Assembly: GCA_964035545.1 (NCBI GenBank)
Contig: OZ037766.1
Span: forward strand, 25,102,126 to 25,166,125
From: Bugula neritina
Lineage: Eukaryota; Animalia; Bryozoa
Reading direction: 5' to 3'
DNA length: 64,000 bases
The notes below the pieces were generated by a model. That model saw only the letters and a program-made list of their open reading frames with translations. It searched no databases and was not told the DNA's origin. Numbering within the stretch: the stretch's first letter is position 1; the number at the start of each line of letters is the position of its first letter. Positions 1-14,309 of the stretch are shown here, one piece after another. Position numbers and translations under genes: made by a program.

Positions 1-542
1 GAGAAAAGCCTGTGTTCCAGATTAAAAATTTAAAGCAAAGGAAATTATGTTCTCACAAGAATTTCAACCTGCGCCCCAACCCGAAATTTGAAAAGAATTT
101 TAAAAAACTTAGTCTATCTCAATTTCTTTACTACTATGCCTTAATAGAGTTAGAGAGTGATTAGTGAGTTGCAATGTTTAGTAAGAGTTGTTCAGTTGAT
201 GATGACATAGTCCTTAGTAAAATATAGTTACTCAGTTAGTTGTTTAGTTAGTATATAAGTTAATGAGTCATTGGTGAGCTACAATCTCTCAGTCAGTGAG
301 TCATCAAAGTGAGTAAGTAAGTACAGTGGTTAGAATGTCGCAATTAGTGAAAATAGATTAGCAGTTTAACTAATGGAATATGTAGCATTGAATTCTATAG
401 GTTCAACTCAAATTATAGGAGAAGTCATACTAGAATGAAATGCAAATAAAGCATGCAAAAGGTTCAACACTTTCAGAGAAAAGAATAACAAACTCAACTT
501 TGTCTGCTACATTACAACAACAATTCAAAATGGTGAACTCAC

Positions 543-1267
543 GAAGTGTATCAACAGCTGGTGCTATCCTTAGATCAATCTTATGTTCTACACCCGCCTC
601 CTTCCAGAATGGTTTTCCAATATCTGTAAACTCAGTTGAGGTATCACAGGCTACAACTTTGCCATCTTCAGGTACACTGAGTGCCCAGGCTAGGCTGCTA
701 TATCCAGTAAACACACCTAAAAGTATCAGGTGCTAAAATTAGCTAAATTACTTCCTATTTCTATTCTCCTATACATTTGTGGCCAAAATATTACCATCCC
801 TGTTATATTTGAAGTTAACAATTGCTTATAATAGCTGTGAAACAAGGGAAATTCATATATCTTCTTATACAGTAAAGTATTTTATATCAAAATGCATTAA
901 TTACTTTATAGTGCACTCAGAGAAATGTAATATCAACAATGCATAACGGCATCTTACCAACATCTATGCACTTCTTTGCACCAGCAAACTTTATCATGTT
1001 AGAGAGCAGTACGGTACCATCATAGAAGCTAAGCATGGCACCGCTTTCGTGGGCGCTGGTTAACTAAAACAATGTCAAAAGCATTTGAACAAAACTAAAG
1101 CATACAGTTGCTCAACTGAAGTGGACATGTCAATTAGGTAAACAAGAAACTCATGGATCTCTCACTTCCTGTAACTTTCTCATTGAGGGATGAGGTTCTG
1201 AAATATGCTCCTCAATGTAAATCATTCTCTCTTCGGCACTGACTTGGTCTCTGGGACGAGTCATCAT
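543..1267 (-). CDS. COMTD1: Catechol O-methyltransferase domain-containing protein (Methyltransf_3 family), 5' part; remaining exons lie beyond the window start
   Basis: GT-AG exons 1267-1166, 1063-958 and 716-543 join in frame: MMTRPRDQ...EPHPSMRKLQE/LTSAHESGAMLS...IKFAGAKKCIDVG/VFTGYSSLAWALSVPEDGKVVACD...FWKEAGVEHKIDLRIAPAVDTL. Contains the SAM-binding DVGVFTGYS motif. The true start could be further upstream. Confidence 0.9.
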
Positions 1268-1987
1268 TCGACAGAAGTTGTTCTTTACTAAATGAAACTC
1301 CTCCGGGGAAACTTTAGCATACAGAAACCAAGACAACGGGAAGTGGGTGGCTGTCTCGTTTGAACTAGTATCAGCTAGTAATTAGTAACTCACAGGTCTT
1401 ACAGTAAAACTAATGAGATTATTGGCCCAGAAAGCTGTATAATATTCACAGAGAATTGAGAGTGATGCAGCTGTCTACAGAGTGACAGCTGTTTATATAT
1501 ACATTTAGCAGCTATCAAAATGTAGAATCCACAGTATAAAAGTGTAACATGTTTGACCTTTGACCTGTTGCCCGTTGCTGAGTAAACCAAACAGAAGTAT
1601 GTATCAGCCCTAAAACCTCACCATTACAACTTACAGTAGCCGTAGCATTGGCTGACAGCACAGTCCTAAATTACAACATCAAGTAATACTGGGTCAAACC
1701 CTAAAGTATTTTCTCATCAACTTTGTCTGTGGGTAAAGATAAACTTTGGCATTCCAGACCAAGCTCAATGTAAATAATTAGACATCCACATAATAAAGTA
1801 AAACATGCATCATAATATGCATAGTTATATACGAATCTGCAGCATTTCGAAATGACAATTAAAAACACATATTTGGAAAACGGACAAATCACCAATAGAC
1901 ATGACTTTGAAATAGACAATTAGAAAATGGACATTTGTAAAATAAAAAACATTTAACATAGTCTATATAGTACGGAGGAGGAATTTA

Positions 1988-2133
1988 GCATCTGACCGGG
2001 TTCGAAATAGGTTATTAAAAACATGGGCAGTTTTAAATTGGAATTATTTGGTAACTAATTCTTTTTTGTGACAGCCTAACTAATTTATCCTTTATATTTA
2101 TTTTCCAAGCCTATTTTGAACCCAACCAGATGC
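1988..2133. mobile_element. Small MITE-like element
   Basis: Imperfect ~26-bp terminal inverted repeats (GCATCTGACCGGGTTCGAAATAGGTT / AGCCTATTTTGAACCCAACCAGATGC), with TTTA on both sides. Confidence 0.55.
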
Positions 2134-3419
2134 TTTACTGATTGCTAAATGATGGGCATATACCTGCCATAATACAATGACTCTGACAGCTAGTTGAGAG
2201 GCAGTAATTAACTTCTAATTATAGTACAGCACATAACTTATAACATTCAGCTTTTCTAAAGTAAAGTATCTTGCTTTAAGCTTTCTGCTTACTCTACTTG
2301 CTAATATATTTAGAGTAGCTTTACAAATATCACTACTGCTTACTACAATTGCTAACATACTATATCGCTATAATATTTGTAAAACAGATATAATTCTTTT
2401 AGTAAACGCGGGTTATTATGTATGAGCTAGGTCACTGCAACAGTGCATTGCAACAAATTGTTTAATATAATTGATCTTTAAATGTTATCTACGTTTAGCT
2501 TATTTTTAAAAAGCGAATTTGGTCTTTAGCCTACATAAAAGATGCTATACTTTTTCAGCCAATATCAGCAGAGAAGTCATACAAATATGTGCAGGTATGT
2601 AATTCTGTAGTTCATGGTTATAATAGGAAAAGCCATCCTAGTTTGATGTTTATATGCATGATGAAATTCTTTCAACATCAGAGAGCCTTTTAATAAAAAT
2701 TATTATAATTGAAATATATTTTTGTATTCATTCTTGTTAATAACTTTGGTAATCAAATTGCAATTATATATATGCCAAGGATTAGTACAATAAACTAAGC
2801 ACAACAATGCTGGCAACTCAGTTTTTGTGTGAAGGCAGTTACAATAACACAACCAGGGGGAAGAAACTAGGCGTGGAGCTATAGAATTATTGCTATCAAA
2901 GTATAAGCAGGTTTTAAATGCCCTATGTATTCCTTTAAGACAATATTTATATATAGTTTGTAATTGTATTTTGAAATTAGGTGGGGCACGTGCATAATAA
3001 ATCTTGTTTTGAACAAAATGATCTTTGAAAGGTTGATAGCCTGCTAATGTTTTTTTAAAACAAAATTATTAACTAGATATAGAGAATATTTTATTGTGTG
3101 CATATTTGTACCTAATTAATATGCATATTTTTCTAGAGGTATAAAACTGTTTGTATAATGTTGCGATTCCTACCAGACTGCTAGCAATTTCAATAAGTAG
3201 GAACTGTGTTATAAATTCTTTCAATCAATGGCAAATTTAAGGTGAGTTAAGTAAACTTTAAAGTTTGGATTAATAAAAGATTTAAAGAACGTACCAAAAT
3301 TAAGCTGAGGCTTGTATAACTAAATCGATTTATGTGTAAACTTTTTACAATTAATTGAGGGATCTTTATACTTCTTGTGAATATTCTTTATCATCAATTA
3401 TCTTGTAATGTGTTACAGG

Positions 3420-4199
3420 ATGTATAAGATTAGTATGATTATTTGTCTGCTGCTGGCAACTACAGCATCGGCTTTTTCAAATGCTGGTCCACAACCCTTT
3501 CAGGCTGGACCACAACCAGTTGCACCTGTAAGAATTGGTAACCATATTGTCAGTGAGTAAACTATTTTTAAACCTATGCTTCTTTATACCCCTGCTCCTG
3601 TGAAAATTTAGTGTTATGCCTTCTGATTTACTAACTTTAAGGAAAAAACATTATTCTCAAACTATATTATAACTACAGCAAGAAGAGTTTTTAAACGAAA
3701 TATTGATCTATTTATGCACATATTGATCACTACTTTTTCCTCAAACACTAGCTCTTAAGTTTGCCTAGTATATAGAGTTTGCAACAGGCATTGTGCAGCA
3801 GCAGCAGCAGCAGCAGCACATTTTTTTGTCTATGCCATGCTAAATAGAAAAGGCTTTTTGACTGTTTTGTAATACTTATAGCAGCCCTTTTAACATCAGC
3901 TCAACTGTGATTAAATAATATTTTGTTGTATTAGCAAAATGCTGTAAAATTATGCAAAACATTTATTGATTCTTTAGTATCTTAAAGCATTATATTTACA
4001 ATCTGAATTTTTAGTTAGCCCAGCCATCTGTGCTGAAAATGGTAACTACTACTCCCCTAATCAAGCGGACAACTGTCGAAGTTTCATTCAAGTTGCATAT
4101 GAAATCGAGCCACAGATTCGCTATTGTCCTCATGGCTTACGGTTTGATGTGCAGAATTGTGTTTGCAATAACCCTAGATACACTGTGTGCTTATACTGA
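3420..4199 (+). CDS. Gene A: secreted protein with one 6-Cys CBM14-like domain (~105 aa)
   Basis: Exon 3420-3552: signal peptide MYKISMIICLLLATTASA, then GPQP repeats. Exon 4015-4199: CAENGNYYSPNQADNCRSFIQ...CPHGLRFDVQNCVCNNPRYTVCLY*. Phase-1 intron. TATAAAA at 3140 and a 5'UTR-exon donor at 3242. Confidence 0.82.
3796..3818 (+). repeat. (GCA)n microsatellite in gene A intron
   Basis: Direct read of gcagcagca... Confidence 0.85.
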
Positions 4200-5737
4200 T
4201 GTGGAAATTAAAGGTGAATTATACTATAACACATTGGTGAGCATTATTCATGCAAACTCTACATTGGGTAATACAAGCATAATTTCATCAAATAATGGTT
4301 TGCAATGTGTACAGGCAGAATAAACTATAGTCCTTATAAATTGAGTTAGTGGCTATTTAAAATAATTAATATGATCTTCATATAGCAGTTGCATGTAACT
4401 TTAGCAACTAATTAGACTTTTAAAAAACTTTGGTTTAAATTATTATCTAAATGAAGCAGTAATGTTTTTTAATTTGTTAGATTCAACCAACCTAGACATC
4501 TGGTGACACATATATTTTTTGTTTTATATTTGAACAGGTGGCTTTGACATGATCTACAATACTTTTTAGCAGAAAAACGACTTTTAACAGAAATGAATAT
4601 ACAACGAAGGCACCTTATTAAAATTTTAAATGTTTTGATGTATAAATGGTAGTTGGGTAATTAATTTTTTTGCTAATTTTCAGCAGATGCTGGTTTACCT
4701 GTTGTAACTTTCTTTGTCAATTAAGCTAGTGTTAAGCAATAAAGCAACATTAATTGTGAAAAATGAGATTTATTTTATTTATAGGCAAGTATGTATAGAA
4801 AACCGGACGTCAGCATTAAATTTAGAACTTTTAGCAGGTTTCGTAAATTATGATATACAAATTTCAATTACTTAAAGTTACACAATAAAACTTTAAACAC
4901 CCTAAAGTTAGGCCAAATTTTATTTGTCATATTATTCTATGTGTAAATGAAAACTAGATGGATGCAATAAATAATATAATTGTTTAGAAAAACATCAAGA
5001 ATTCAAAACTTAGGTTAAATTTGAAACATTCTATGTTTGACCAGAATATATATAGCAAATATTATTTTTTGGTATTGGTTGAATTCTTAAAAGGTAATCT
5101 GATAAATCGCAAAAAGTATACTTATAAAATATATTGAATATAACTGAAGCGCAAACTTTTTTAATTATATATTATCAAACATATTATCCTTTTAGCTTCA
5201 GTCTTGATTATCTCATCAATCAGTCTTAGAGTTGTGTTCTCTTGAAATGAAAGACATCAGAAAGCAACTCTCAATAGTATGTTATTCCTTGGAAATTCGG
5301 ACCATACATTTCAACCAGTGAATATAATTGGATATAATATGTTGATATATGACTTATGCAAGACAAATACCATGCATAACTATAAAATCTATAAAGAAAT
5401 GTTTAAATTACCAAAAAAGACCACCCAAAAAAGTGACAAATTAATAAAGAGCCCTGCATTCGAACTTATTGTTATAACAATGTGACTTTTGCAGGAAAAT
5501 CTCAAAGTCTAGTTCTGCATGCATGTACTTGTATTCAATTTTGATCATATTGTATAGTTGGCACAATTAACTGCTATGTACTTTTTACACTTTTTTAAAG
5601 TTATTATAATATTATTTTAGTTCATTTTCTGCTAAAAAAATAAAAAGAATTGTTATAGTTGTAAGTGAAACATATAAAACTAATAATAGGCTCACAATTA
5701 CAATATTCACTCACTTGCTGTTGCAGGAGCTTTTTTT

Positions 5738-6130
5738 TAGCTTTAAGTAAAATATTGTTTGATGAAAGCTTTTTGTTAAAGCTTTTGCAATAGCTTTTTA
5801 CTTGTAGCTTTTGTTTAATGAGTCAGTTATATACGCAGCACATTTTACCTCTTGTTAAAGACGCAGGCAACTTAAACTTTATTGTCCAAATAATTGTAAG
5901 TATTATACTATCTTTTGTTTTTAATTTCATTAATTAAAAGTTATGTCAGAAATTGCTGTATTGATTAATGTTAATTTAACAAGATGTTTTTATGGTTATA
6001 GGTTGCAGTATTGTAAAAAATATAGACTGTTGCTATTGAGCAAAAGGTTAAGTTGTGGCCTGCATCTCTGCATCCAACACACAGCACACAACACATAGGC
6101 ATTTATGCCACTCGGCATCCGTGCTGACAC
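5738..6130 (+). repeat. Dispersed repeat, copy 1 (copy 2 at 25735-26049)
   Basis: Shared blocks in the same orientation: TAGCTTTAAGTAAAATATTGTTTG, GCAAAAGGTTRAGTTGTG and CACAACACATAGGCAT...GCTGACACA. Confidence 0.7.
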
Positions 6131-7694
6131 ATTTACTATGTCAACTATAATTCATAGTCAAATAGTTTCAGAGGTTGTCTCCAGGAAATCAAAAATATGG
6201 CGATAAAATATAGACAACATGATTAAGTTAAACTATGCACTTAGAGGAAGGTGACATTGTGATACGATTAAACTTTAGCATGACAATTGTGTAATATATT
6301 GGTCATTATTAATTTACAGAGAAAAGCATTTTTTGATGCCTGAGATTAACTTAACTTACTTATACTTCTGGAAATGAACGAGCTGTACAATTGCTTCTAA
6401 TATTTGTCGAAACTCATAAGTCAGTGACTTCAGTCAGTTAATGGTAAGAAGAGCAATTATTTTCTCATGGAAAATTTATAATATATTAGGCTCAAGTTAA
6501 TTATTATTTTGTGAGTTTTTTTGTAAACCTATTAACAATCATTGATAGATCTTTTTTAATAAATCATACATAAAACAATTAGTAGTGAAATAAAACAGTT
6601 GGTGATCTAAAAGACAAGACTTTCCAATATAATGCCAAAACTTTGTGATGGCACCAAGTGCAGTGTGAAACAAATGATATTTGACTTTCTTCAGAAACTG
6701 TGTATTACCAAATGCTAAAATTTTGCTTATATTATATTTTAAGCCTTGCATTTACAACTATGTTTTGTTAGTAAGTCTTAAAAAAGCTGCAAAAATGAAA
6801 CCAAGTGCATATTTTAGAAATAAGGATTAAAAACGTTTAAGGTGGCACTTTAACTTGTATATATAATTAATAATATAATCTACAATGTTATTCATAATTC
6901 GTGGATTGTAATATGCCCAATTTATACTTTGTCTTCAAGATATAGTCAGTGGGCATGCAATAGCTGCTTTTTTCTCAAATTTCTAAAAGTAAATCGTATT
7001 TTTAATAGCAGCAAGAACTAATGAAATTGTCGGAAATTTATAATTATTGAAGCACCACCTTATAATTTGTCGTAAAGGGGAAATTTTGTATGAGTTCCAC
7101 AAGCGAAAGATTTAACTTCTTAGAAAAGAAAATTCATTCACTGGCTCAGGAATCTTTTGTGGCATGATAAAAAGATTGTTCAATTCTATAAGTTAATAGA
7201 TTTAATAATGACATATATACATAATCACTATATGCATTTCTTAAAAGAGTGTCTTGCAACTTTTAAAGGATGTTGGCTTCTTTAGAAAATTATGGCTGAC
7301 AAAAATTATTTATGTTGCCTGTTTTTCTTTTAAAGATTATCTCATTGTGAGAATTTACTGAAAATAATATTAATACTTTGTTTCTAGCTTAGTGCAGCAA
7401 AAGACTACTCACTAGATATATAAAAATTGGTTGAATTTGATATATAGCATTTATTTCAGGCATCAAAACAAAGCCTGCAGCAACTATAATGTCTAATTAA
7501 ATTATATAAATTTATTTTGCATAAAACACCATATTAACTGATATTATAGTTGGAGTGAAATTGCTTACGTGTATAAATAATACATATTATTATAAGAACA
7601 AATAATGCAGTATTCTGTATTACAAATAGAAACCTTAACATCTATTCCACTCTTTTATAATCAGTATGGCTTATATGGCTTTAAGCCAACAGAC

Positions 7695-9021
7695 TCAAGC
7701 GTAACAGTTGGTATCCTTAGGGTAGTTGCAGACACAAGTTTTCAAGTCAAACTTGAGTCCATAAGGACAAGAGTGAACTTGTGGAGGAAGAGTAGCTGTC
7801 TCTTGGGTAAATTTCTTGCAATGTGTTCCAGGTACTTGTCTGTATGTGTTTCCATTCTGCGAGCAGCTTGCTGTAAAAAAAATAAAAAATATTAACACTG
7901 TTTTCAATTTTCCCATTCAACATGCTTTCTGTTAAATAGTTTCAATATGTCAAAAAATATTTTTGAAATCATTTTATCTTTCTTTGTTAATAAGATATTA
8001 TGAGTAATAAACAATATTATGGTATTTACACAGTTTTTGGCAAATATCCTAATGTTAAGGCAAACCGATGTTCTCTAAATAAAATCATACGAAAAATATA
8101 TTTTCAAAATAAATTTTATTATTGATTAAAGCAAATTATTCAAACCTGTATATACTGTGGCAGTTTGTAAAACATTAATGTGTGCGAAATTTTTCACAGT
8201 TGCCAATGGCTATCCTAACAGATGTACAATACCAATATTACGACAATAAAAATAGTCACATGGGCTAAAGATGCATTTCAATTTTTTTACTTACGTCCAG
8301 CAGCTGCATGTTGAACGTAAGGTCCTGGGCAATAATGTGGGCAGATGGTATCTTTAGGGTAGTTACAAACACAAGTCCGTACATCAAACTGTAGACCATA
8401 TGGACATTTTTGAGTTTTAGCTGGGAGGAAAGCAGTTCTCTGAGTGAAACTTCTACAATCATTACTTGATACTGGGGAGTAGTAGTTACCCTTCTCAAAG
8501 CAGGTGCAGTCATCAACTAAAATAAATATTATATAAATATGAATGATTTTCTTTAAAAATTAGACTATGTCCTATATCATTATCAACTGAGACTAACAGC
8601 TATAGTAATACACCTTTTTCTATTCCTTGTCCAACTTGTTTAAAATTGGGTAAAAAAATTATCTAAAGATTAAATTGCAGGAGTTTAATAAACAATAAGT
8701 TATCAGGTATTTATACATATCTCATATTTTACATTGTCACAGGTTCTATGTTATAATACTAATATTGGCTGTCAATAGATAATAAAATCCAAGCTGTTTT
8801 GCTAACACCAAATTGTTTACTCCATACTTGAACAAAAATATAGCAGATGTAAGCTGAAACTTCTGAGAAGTTGGTAGAGTGTACTTACTGACGGTGTGTC
8901 CAGGTGTAGGAACTGGGTGATGTTGAGAATATGGATGATAAGAAGGTGCTGGTTGAGGATAATAGCTTGCTGAAGCTATTGCTACTACTGCTACACACAA
9001 TACTACGCTGAGTTGATGCAT
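7695..9021 (-). CDS. Gene B: secreted His/Tyr/Pro-rich protein with two CBM14-like domains (~176 aa)
   Basis: Exons 9021-8889 (MHQLSVVLCVAVVAIASA-SYYPQPAPSYHPYSQHHPVPTPGHTV), 8516-8295 (8-Cys domain) and 7870-7695 (6-Cys domain, stop). All introns phase 1 GT-AG. TATA at 9424-9418, UTR donor at 9357. Confidence 0.9.
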
Positions 9022-12021
9022 CTGAAAAAGTTGCATTTGTTTTAAATTAAGAAGCAGGCTACCATTTCATAAAGAAACAACTAGATTATCTTTTAATATA
9101 AGCATGCATGTAGTAAACATAATATAAACTTTTCAGAATCTTTTTTAGATATTAAATCAATATTCATGCATGTATATATGACAGCAAAAAACCTAAAGGC
9201 AATTATACAACTAAATCATGCATTTCTTATTATAGTACCATAAATGAACGCTAAAAAAGTAAATTAAACTGCCTGTTTAATATTTCATAGAGATTGGATG
9301 AATAAATCTAACAATTTTGATCCATCAACATAATAATTGTACAATTATTGTTCTTACCTTGATGCTGTTGACTGTATTACAGAAACTGGAATGATGCAAA
9401 TTTGCAAGGGTACTCTCTTTTATATCTTTTTTATCAAAAAGCTGGAAAAGCAATTAATCATTTCATGCCAACATAATTAATGTCATATAGAACTAAAGTT
9501 AGTTAATAATGCATCACATTAGAAAAACTACTGCTTCAACTATTGTTGTTTCATTCCAAAACCAAACCAAACTCTTAGCTGTAACTGTAATAAAATGGGC
9601 TTATATTATAGTTGAAGCATTTTGTTTATTGCTAAAATCAAATCAACTTTTTAATTTTAAAAATAATGAAATGAAGCAATAATAATAATATGTTATAACA
9701 AAGTGTCAAGCTTGGCAATGCAAGACAATTGTTCTGACAATAAAATAAAGTTTCCATTGAAAATTAAAAGACTTAGAAGAAAAGTAGTTTAAAGTATAGT
9801 AGCAATGTTTTAAAAGTAATTCTCGTTTGTATATATACTTATATTATTAGGAATTAGAGATGTTATACTGGAATCAAGATATACTGAATACATTATTGCA
9901 AATTTTGTAGATATGGTGTTTCAGACATTGCAAATCGTTGTCACTATTACCTATAATGAACTTCAAAATGGATAATATGAAAGGTTGATTTCCTGCCTAG
10001 AATTGTAAGGTTTTGCTCATGTCTTGTTGGAACTGCTATAATCAGCATCTACAAAACAAAGAAATGTTTCTGTACGACTCTTGTTGTATATATAGCTCTT
10101 TGGCAGTGAATAGCTGCATACAGATATAATATGCGCAGGGCGATGTGAGCTTGAAGCCTGATTGATATAAAGGTTTTACACTTAATCTGCCAAAGTCTTG
10201 ATTGAGCTAATCTAAGTTTAGATAGAAGAATGGTAATTGGAGAAATTAATCATAAAACATGCCATTAAATCCCACCAAACTGAATTTTATGTGTTGCTAT
10301 AATATATTATATTTAAATGTAGGCTCAGTTGAATTGTTCAGAATGAATTTACTTTGTCTTCAAAAGCAATAGTATTTCAACTTTAAAACCACTGTAATTC
10401 TAAATATGTCATCAATAAAACAAAAATAAGCCAACATATAAAACTATAATATTAAAGTTTCTTAAGCCAAGCAAAGATAATTACGACTAAAAAAAATTTA
10501 CAGGAGGTGATGAGGTGGAATTTTAGGAAATAGTTTTGATTTATTGATTACTGCACTGGGTTTCAGCCAGCTGGAAAGGCATGCTTCAAAGTTATTGAAA
10601 GCTATAAACTTCACAATTTGACTGGAGTTATTCTTTTAATAAACCTGAAGGAAAACTAATTTATGTTTTCTAATTACCAAACGCCGTAAAATGATTTGCA
10701 AATCAAGTCTATTAGATTTTCCCTTACTGATATCAAACTGTGATAAGGCAATAAATTAAAAAACATGGCAAAACTTTCCTATACTGGCTATAGTAAAAAT
10801 ACTGTGGAAGTCTATTTTATGTATGCCAGTCATGCTTTATGTAAAGGCTTTTTATTGTTGATATTGTATGGCAGGTAATATTGCATAGTTTTTACAAGTT
10901 AATGGATGGTTTTAAAAAACAGCTTTGTCATACAGGATGCATTTTTGTTACTATATTAAGTTAAACTTGTTAACACATATGCTTTGGCTAACTTGCAATA
11001 TGTATTGGGAAATATAGCACTTCACCAGCTTTCTATATACAAAGGAGTTTTGATTTTATATATGCTGATAACCGATTTTCAATAGAACATCTAATCATAG
11101 TTAATCACTTTAACAAATAGAAAGTTTCATTTAACAGATTTAAATATAATATTAAAACTTATTGTAAACAGTTATCTTTATATTACGTATATTATTATAA
11201 CAAGGAGCTTGTGTCATGGAATTGTAAAATATACTAGATGGAAAATAATAAGATCTTAACTTTGATTGTATGTCAAATTAAGGTTACGAGAGTTATAGCT
11301 TTCATGACTAAAGCTTAGGTTGTAATTTGACTCATAATAACAGATCTACTTGAAAATTCCTTCTTCAATCAGTTAATCTTCTTTTAATGAATACCCTGCA
11401 CCATAAATACTTGAAATTACTTTGGCTGCTACTTATATACTGTACTCTATAATTATTATTTGTATTTTGAAGATTGTTGGCATACATTAATTATAATACC
11501 AGTCTGCGTCATAATCCTTTTAGATAATACTATGTGCATAATTCATTTACTGAATTAATCCATTTGTAAGGTGCTTGCAGTACTTTGCAATAAGGTTTTA
11601 TTGTTGGAAAAATTATAATTTGCTTTTCCAACAATGCATAACTTCAAAACTTGGCAAGTAGCAATGCTTTTTCTAGCATTAATTTGATGCAATCAGTGAT
11701 TGGCTTGAGATATAGATCAATATGGAAAACTAATTACAAATCATTGCCAGTATCTTATTCATCAAGGTAGCTAATGTGTTTCCATACTTTTGTCACTAAA
11801 CATATACATCAGCTAATCAAATTCTAATATCAATTCACTGTAAACAGTAAAGGTATAGATTCACTTCACATTTTATATGACTGAATACTGAATAGTATTT
11901 ATCTTGATAGCTCAGTAGTTGGAGTAATAAGCTGTTATAGCTATTCAATTTTATCAATAAAATTAGTAAAAGTTATGCTGCTATGCTTTCTTTGGATCTA
12001 CTGAGTAAAATTTCCCTCATC

Positions 12022-12903
<882 letters not shown>

Positions 12904-14137
12904 AGCTACTTAGATCTCTCATCATTGAGTTACTGAGAAAGATGACATGTGTCATGATATATAAAAGTTAGAAGCACTATTTGCTTAGTTTCCCTCATCA
13001 TTTGTAAACAGATACTCATGATCAAATCCATAGACTAAATTAAAATAATTTTCAATATAAATCCATAGATTTAGCCTTTAGCTTAAATTGTGTAGTTTAC
13101 TTTAAAAGCTTTATACCTAAATTATTTTGCAAAAGTATTATACAAATTGCTTGTCAAAATCATTTAGGTTTTCACTTGGTATCTAAAATATAATATATGA
13201 TGGTCGAAAAAAATCAAATGAGACAAGGCTAGTATTAAATTTAAAATGACTTGTAAATCTAAATGAATTATAGATTTTAACAAATCATTAATTGCTGTTT
13301 TGAGTTGATTAGCAAAAACTTCTTTTGCTCATGTCATAGCTTGACTTGCCTGCATGTAACTTAATTAAACACTTTTACCCCTGAACAAAGGCGTGAAGTT
13401 TCAAAACAGCCAGTATAGTTGTTGCAAGCTGAAATAAAAGGAACCAAATATATTGTTAACAGTTACAGTAGCTAAGCAAATGCATTAATTAAGATAAAAG
13501 CATAAATTTAGTTGTACGGGGTCTATATACAGTACTATTAATACAAGGACAGCATTTCTCAGTATATTTATACAATTTATATAGTCGTGCATCTAAGAAG
13601 CTCCAGTGGTAGAATTCTAGCAAACTATTTATTTTGACCCAAAACTTGTGTATGACATTAATTTGCGTGGTTAAAACATGATATTAAGGTTTCCTGGTAC
13701 TGCATTGTACAAGTAACTTATAGTGAGTGATTTTATGTTGTAACAGTCTCTGTCATTGCATTGGGTAAGAGCCTATCATACCATAAAAAAAGGAGACATG
13801 CATTAGTCACTATTTTAATATGTATGTAATTAATTTTATCCTGATATTTATTGCATAATAGAGGAATACGGTATTTGTATGTATATATTTGATACTCCTA
13901 AATAGATTGCTTGTCAACCATATGTTCTATAATATTAGGTGATTGATGTACAGTTTGTTAAACTATAGAAGTTAACCAGCTTTACTTCTGTTATGCTCTA
14001 GGCTTTTATTTTCTGTAATTACTCAAGTATTGCTGGTTGCTGATTATTAAGTAAGAAATCCAAAAGTTTATGCTTACTGCAACATTTTTTATTTAGAGTT
14101 TCCATTATATTAGTCTTCTATTTAAGCTAGTATAATT

Positions 14138-14309
14138 ACGAAGTCATGGGTTTGAGCCCTGACAAAGGCCATTGGTGATGTTAGGAAGAACATCCAGTCA
14201 TAATTGCTCCTATGACCTATCTGAATATAAGTTCTTAGCCTGATTTAACAAAAACCCTTTCCATCAGGGGTTTCTCGCAGAGCTGGTGACTATGAACTTG
14301 TGTGAGTTT
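14138..14309 (+). mobile_element. 5'-truncated copy of the tRNA-derived SINE family
   Basis: GTCATGGGTTTGAGCCC...AAAGGCCATTGGTGATGTTAGGAA...GTGACTAT matches the copies at 15886-16112 and 36111-36313. Confidence 0.75.

Noticed and set aside
140-400. TTAG/TGAG-rich tract resembling telomeric repeats
   Set aside because: Degenerate low-complexity intronic sequence without a regular telomere unit.
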